A DNA stretch of 64,000 nucleotides from the human T2T-CHM13v2.0 reference genome, Homo sapiens: assembly GCF_009914755.1 (NCBI RefSeq), contig NC_060926.1. One strand, given 5' to 3'. Made by a program: the position numbers and the translations under genes. Shown here in pieces: positions 55,385-64,000 of this stretch (positions within the stretch are counted from its first letter, which is position 1; each line of letters begins with the position of its first letter). Below the pieces are notes generated by a model. It was not told the DNA's origin, did not search any database, and was given only the letters and a program-made list of their open reading frames with translations.

Positions 55385-56563
55385 TATTTGACAACAATGC
55401 AGAGTCCTTTTATGGATTGACATATAGTAACCTAGAGAAAAACTCTTTAAACTTTTCAGTTTTTAAAAATAGACGTTATACAAAACAACAGATAATAGGA
55501 TTTCTTTTTCTTTTCCAGTCAAATACTTGGCATCAGAAAAAAGCAGGAAAAATATCTTAAGCATTTTCTATAATTATCTAAAATTATCTAGATTAAACTT
55601 GAATATATCTACTGTACCTCATTAAGCACACTGTTCCACTGCCTGCCCTTTCTATCTGAAAATGTTCTCTCATTTTCAAATTGAATTTCTCCTCCATTAA
55701 CTCACTGCTTAGGTATATTTTAATGGCTTTCCTTTCAACGTGAGCCCACTTGTTTTGGCCGGGAAATTATCTCATTTCATTGTATAAAGCCCAGTTTCAT
55801 TTCTAATTTTCAGTAATTGTGTCCATTTCTAGGTGAATAATGTATGCCCAAACAAAAGGTCTCTTAAAACTGGCCTGTCATTTTCAATTCTTTCTCTCCC
55901 AGACACTGGTTGTTAATTTTCCTTACAATAATGCCTGTCTGTTCTCCCTCTCCAATGTACTGTTATAACTAATACAGTGAAGCACCTGCACCTTGCTGTG
56001 TGAGGTCATCTCCTGATAGGAAACTGACAGCTTCACATGGCCATGGGCAATGCAGATGTAGTGACTTTCAGGAACCTATCATCCATTTGCCTTCTGAGTA
56101 AAAGCCTAAGGAGAAGCACAATCCTGTCCTCAATTTGCCATTAGCTAGAAATTCACAGGCTGAAAGCTTTGTCATAAAGAAACTCTGGGAAAAAGTGCAT
56201 TTTCTTTTAATCCTCAATATACATATTCCCCTACAGACTGTCTCTTACACATGCACACACTGATAGACATACATATGTATGCATGCTCATTCATACACAT
56301 ACACTCTGAAAAATTACATATATTCAGCTATTATGATACGTTTCATACACACACACACATACACACACACAGCCTTTTAAAACTTATCTGGAAGATGATC
56401 TGCCAATATCTTTCAATCTTTGATGTGTGTCAATTTGCCAATGGAGAGGGGGAAATGGTAGATGGCATTCCAAGTAGACAAACAAGCTTGTGGAAAGACA
56501 TCATGTGCTGAAAGAACCTTGAAATTTTGTAAAACTTGGGAAGGTAAGTACATCTGGAACAGA

Positions 56564-56564
<1 letters not shown>

Positions 56565-56621
<57 letters not shown>
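56565..56621. repeat. (CA)n(GA)n compound microsatellite
   Basis: Direct reading. Confidence 0.97.
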
Positions 56622-56622
<1 letters not shown>

Positions 56623-57266
56623 CTATAGCTGTCATTTGGAGTAAAACTGGAAAGAATCTATTTGCCAACCCTGAGACTCTGGATACCATCCAAACACACT
56701 GTATGAATCGAGCATCTGAAATTAATCCAAGTGATACAAAGGGCATAAAATCATTTCAAGTAAAACAAAATTTATTAACCATTTTTATAAATACACATAA
56801 TGTTAGTTAAGATGCAGTTACTTATATTTTATTCCTTCATGGTCATATAACACACAGCAAAATTTTAAAACATGAAACAAAAACCTGTGCAGCAGTAGGA
56901 GAGGAGTAAGGTAATTATTATTATCAGAATGAGGAAACTAAGTGAATTTTCAAGCTCACACAACTCCAATGAATTGATGTCTTCAGACTCAATAGCTTGC
57001 ATGCTGCTATACCAAACTGGAGACGTTCACTAAGAATTAGCAAAGAGGAAGGTTAGCCTGTATAAATGAATCTCAATGGAAGTGCACCAAACTATTCTTA
57101 AGTTCCCATTAGAAGACCAGGCACCAGTGCAAAGGATCACAGGAGTGTGAAATGTTAATATAACATCCAGATTTAGGAAACTATTTTGACAGAAATTATT
57201 GCTATTGGATTATTTATAACAAAAAATGGAAATAATATATGTTACTGAATATGAAAGCTAAAGAAT

Positions 57267-57536
57267 TGGAAGGCTGAGGCGGGAAGATCACTTGAGGTTG
57301 GGAGTTTGAGACCAGCCTGAACAACATGGAGAAACCCTGTCTCTACTAAAAAAAAAAAATACAAAATTAGCTGGGCATGGTGGTGCATGCCTATATCCCA
57401 GTTGCTCAGGAGGCTGAGGCAGGAAAATTGCTTCAACCTGGGAGGCGGAGGTTGTAGTGAGCCAAGGTTGCACCATTTCACTACAGCCTGGGCAGCAAGA
57501 GCAAAACTCCATCTCAAAAAAAAAAAAAAAAAAAAA
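57267..57536 (+). mobile_element. 5'-truncated AluSp
   Basis: aacatggagaaaccc; TSD gaaagctaaa.aat. Confidence 0.9.
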
Positions 57537-58284
57537 GAAAGCTAAATAATGTGCATTTTATATTTGAATATCATGTGGCCATTAGAAACAATTTTCAATT
57601 AAATGGAAAAGGTCTCCTGAATAATGTTAAAACACACACATACACACACACACACACACACACAGAAAATGAAAAAAAACAAAAAGAACAAAAAACTATA
57701 CACATTATCACATGCAGTATGCTTTCAAGCATAACTATTATTTTCTATTTATCTAGCTCTGTATCATCTCTAGATCTCTGGAACTGACTATACTTTCTAC
57801 CTATTTATCTATCTGATAAAAATAGGATACCGGAGGAAATACAGCAAGTAGATATTGGGTGTTTTTCTCTTCTTTAATTGTTTTTCTCAGTACATTTTCC
57901 AATGTGGCAGAGAAATGTGGTGAGGGAACACATACTCCACCAGTTTCTAGGAGAGATACTTTTGCCTTCTCCATAAAATGCACATAGTTACTTGGTGGCT
58001 TGTATTCAGATGACGAGGGAGAAATGTTGGCACAAAAGACTACAACACAACAACAAGTCAATAAATATTTGTCCTGTGCCTATGAGGTTCTTGGCAAGAG
58101 AGATGCCCAGTCCTCATGGAGTATAGTGGGGTCTATAAATGATAAATCAATCAACAATGTAAATGTAATAAATGGTATAACAGAATAATACAGAGTATTA
58201 CTTTGAAAAGTTTTATAGAGGAAGAGATATTAACAATGAAGTCCTAAAGATGTGTAAGAAATATTCCTTTAGAAAGAAAGATCT

Positions 58285-59187
58285 GGGGGAGGAGCCAAGA
58301 TGGCCGAATAGGAACAGCTCAGGTCTACAGCTCCCAGTGTGAGCGACGCAGAAGACGGGTGATTTCTGCATTTCCATCTAAGGTACTGGGTTCATCTCAC
58401 TAGGGAGTGCCAGACAATGGGAGCAGGTCAGTGGGTGCACACACCGTGCTCGAGCCGAAGCAGGGCGAGGCATTGCCTCACTTGGGAAGTGCAAGGGGTC
58501 AGGGAGTTCCCTTTCCTAGTCAAACAAAGGGGTGACAGACGGCACCTGGAAAATCAGGTCACTCCCACCCTAATACTGCGCTTTTCTGACAGGCTTAAAA
58601 AACGGCCCACCAGGAGATTATATCCCACACATGGCTGGGAGGGTCCAATGCCCACGGAGTCTCACTGATTGCTAGCACAGCAGTCTGAGATCAAACTGCA
58701 AGGCGGCAGCAAGGCTGGGGGAGGGGCACCCGCAATTGCCCAGGCTTGCTTAGGTAAACAAAGCAGCTGGGAAGCTCCAACTGGGTGGAGCCCACCACAG
58801 CTCAAGGAGGCCTGCCTGCCTCTGTAGGCTCCACCTCTGGGGGCAGGGCACAGACAAACAAAAAGACAGCAGTAACCTCTGCAGACTTAAATGTCCCTGT
58901 CTGACAGCTTTGAAGAGAGCAGTGGTTCTCCCAGCATGCAGCTGGAGATCTGAGAACAGGTAGACTGCCTTCTCAAGTGGGTCCCTGACCCCTGACCCCT
59001 GAGCAGCCTAACTGGGAAACAGCCCCCAGCAGGGGCAGACTGATACCTCACATGGCCAGGCACTCCAACAGACCTGCAGCTGAGGGTCCTGTCTGTTAGA
59101 AGGAAAACTAACAGAAAGGAAATCCACACCAAAAACCCATCTGTACATCACCATCATCAAAGACCAAAAGTAGATAAAACCACAAAG
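58285..59187 (+). promoter_or_regulatory. L1 5'UTR internal sense/antisense promoter with intact YY1 site (caagatggcc, 58296-58305)
   Basis: Position and motif match the L1PA 5'UTR; many CpGs have decayed. Confidence 0.8.
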
Positions 59188-60204
59188 ATGGGGAAAAAAC
59201 ACAGCAGAAAAACTGGAAACTCTAAAAAGCAGAGCGCCTCTCCTCCTCCAAAGGAACGCAGTTCCTCACCAGCAACGGAACAAAGCTGGATGGAGAATGA
59301 CTTTGACGAGCTGAGAGAAGAAGGCTTCAGACGATCAAATTACTCCGAGCTACAGGAGGACATTCAAACCAAAGGCAAAGAAGTTAAAAACTTTGAAAAA
59401 AATTTAGAAGAATGTATAACTAGAATGACCAATAAAGAGAAGTGCTTAAAGGAGCTGATGGAGCTGAAAACCAAGGCTCGAGAACTACGTGAAGAATGCA
59501 GAAGCCTCAGGAGCCGATGAGATCAACTGGAAGAAAGGGTATCAGCGATGGAAGATGAAATGAATGAAATGAAGTGAGAAGGGAAGTTTAGAGAAAAAAG
59601 AATAAAAAGAAACGAGCAAAGCCTCCAAGAAATATGGGACTACGTGAAAAGACAAAATCTACGTCTGATTGGTGGACCTGAAAGTGACGGGGAGAATGAA
59701 ACCAAGTTGGAAAACACTCTGCAGGATATTATCCAGGAGAACTTCCCCAATCTAGCAAGGCAGGCCAACGTTCAGATTCAGGAAATACAGAGAACGCCAC
59801 AAAGATACTCCTGGAGAAGAGCAACTCCAAGACACATAATTGTCAGGTTCACCAAAGTTGAAATGAAGGAACAAATGTTAAGGGCAGCCAGAGAGAAAGG
59901 TCGGGTTACCCTCAAAAGGAAGCCCATCAGACTAACAGCGGATCTCTCGGCAGAAACTCTACAAGCCAGAAGAGAGTGGGGGCCAATATTCAACATTCTT
60001 AAAGAAAAGAATTTTCAACCCAGAATTTCATATCCAGCCAAACTAAGCTTCATAAGTGAAGGAGAAATAAAATACTTTACAGACAAGCAAATGCTGAGAG
60101 ATTTTGTCACCACCAGGTCTGCCCTAAAAGAGCTCCTAAAGGAAGCACTAAACATGGAAAGGAACAACTGGTACCAGCAGCTGCAAAATCATGCCAAAAT
60201 GTAA
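59188..60204 (+). pseudogene. L1 ORF1p, disrupted by in-frame TGA at 59518-59520 and 59574-59576
   Basis: MGKKHSRKTGNSK...LQNHAKM is split into 110-aa and 186-aa ORFs in the same frame. Confidence 0.93.
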
Positions 60205-60252
60205 AGACCATTGAGACCAGGAAGAAACTGCATCAACTAACGAGCAAAATAA

Positions 60253-63491
<3,239 letters not shown>

Positions 63492-64000
63492 TGAACAGAC
63501 ACTTCTCAAAAGAAGACATTTATGCAGCCAAAAAACACATGAAAAAATGCTCACCATCACTGGCCATCAGAGAAATACAAATCAAAACCACAATGAGATA
63601 CCATCTCACACCAGTTAGAATGGCGATCACTAAAAAGTCAGGAAACAACAGGTGCTGGATAGGATGCGGAGAAATAGCAACACTTTTACACTGTTGGTGG
63701 GACTGTAAACTAGTTTAACCATTGGGGAAGTCAGTGTGGCGATTCCTCAGGGATCTAGAACTAGAAATACCATTTGACCCAGCTATCCCATTATTGGGTA
63801 TATACCCAAAGGACTATAAATCATGCTGCTATAAAGACACATGCACACGTATGTTTATTGTGGCATTATTCACAATAGCAAAGACTTGGAAACAACCCAA
63901 ATGTCCAATAATGATAGACTGGATTAAGAAAATCTGGCACATATACACCATGGAATACTATGCAGCCATAAAAAATGATGAGTTCATGTCCTTTGTAGGG

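Overview
AT-rich, repeat-dense primate genomic DNA. AluS/AluY and an L1PA3/PA2-type LINE lacking the 129-bp 5'UTR segment point to human or another ape. No host protein-coding exon, RNA gene or CRISPR array can be supported. Most of the window is nested transposable elements: old L1M, L1MA, L1MB and L1PB LINEs, L2/MIR, MLT2 and THE1 LTRs, a two-LTR MER50-type ERV1 provirus (24187-28888), a MER4-type solo LTR, Tigger/MER2/MER44 DNA transposons, about 11 Alus, and a young 5'-complete L1 (58285 to window end) with a broken ORF1 and an ORF2 open across EN and RT. The most unusual signal is structural. Between about 0.4 and 32.4 kb, at least eight places carry short stretches copied from nearby DNA (adjacent to ~1.5 kb away), direct or inverted, several sharing private mutations with their donor. 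I read this as a fossil record of local template-switching repair spanning several ages. All repeat names come from recalled consensus motifs, and identities are hand counts, not database searches.
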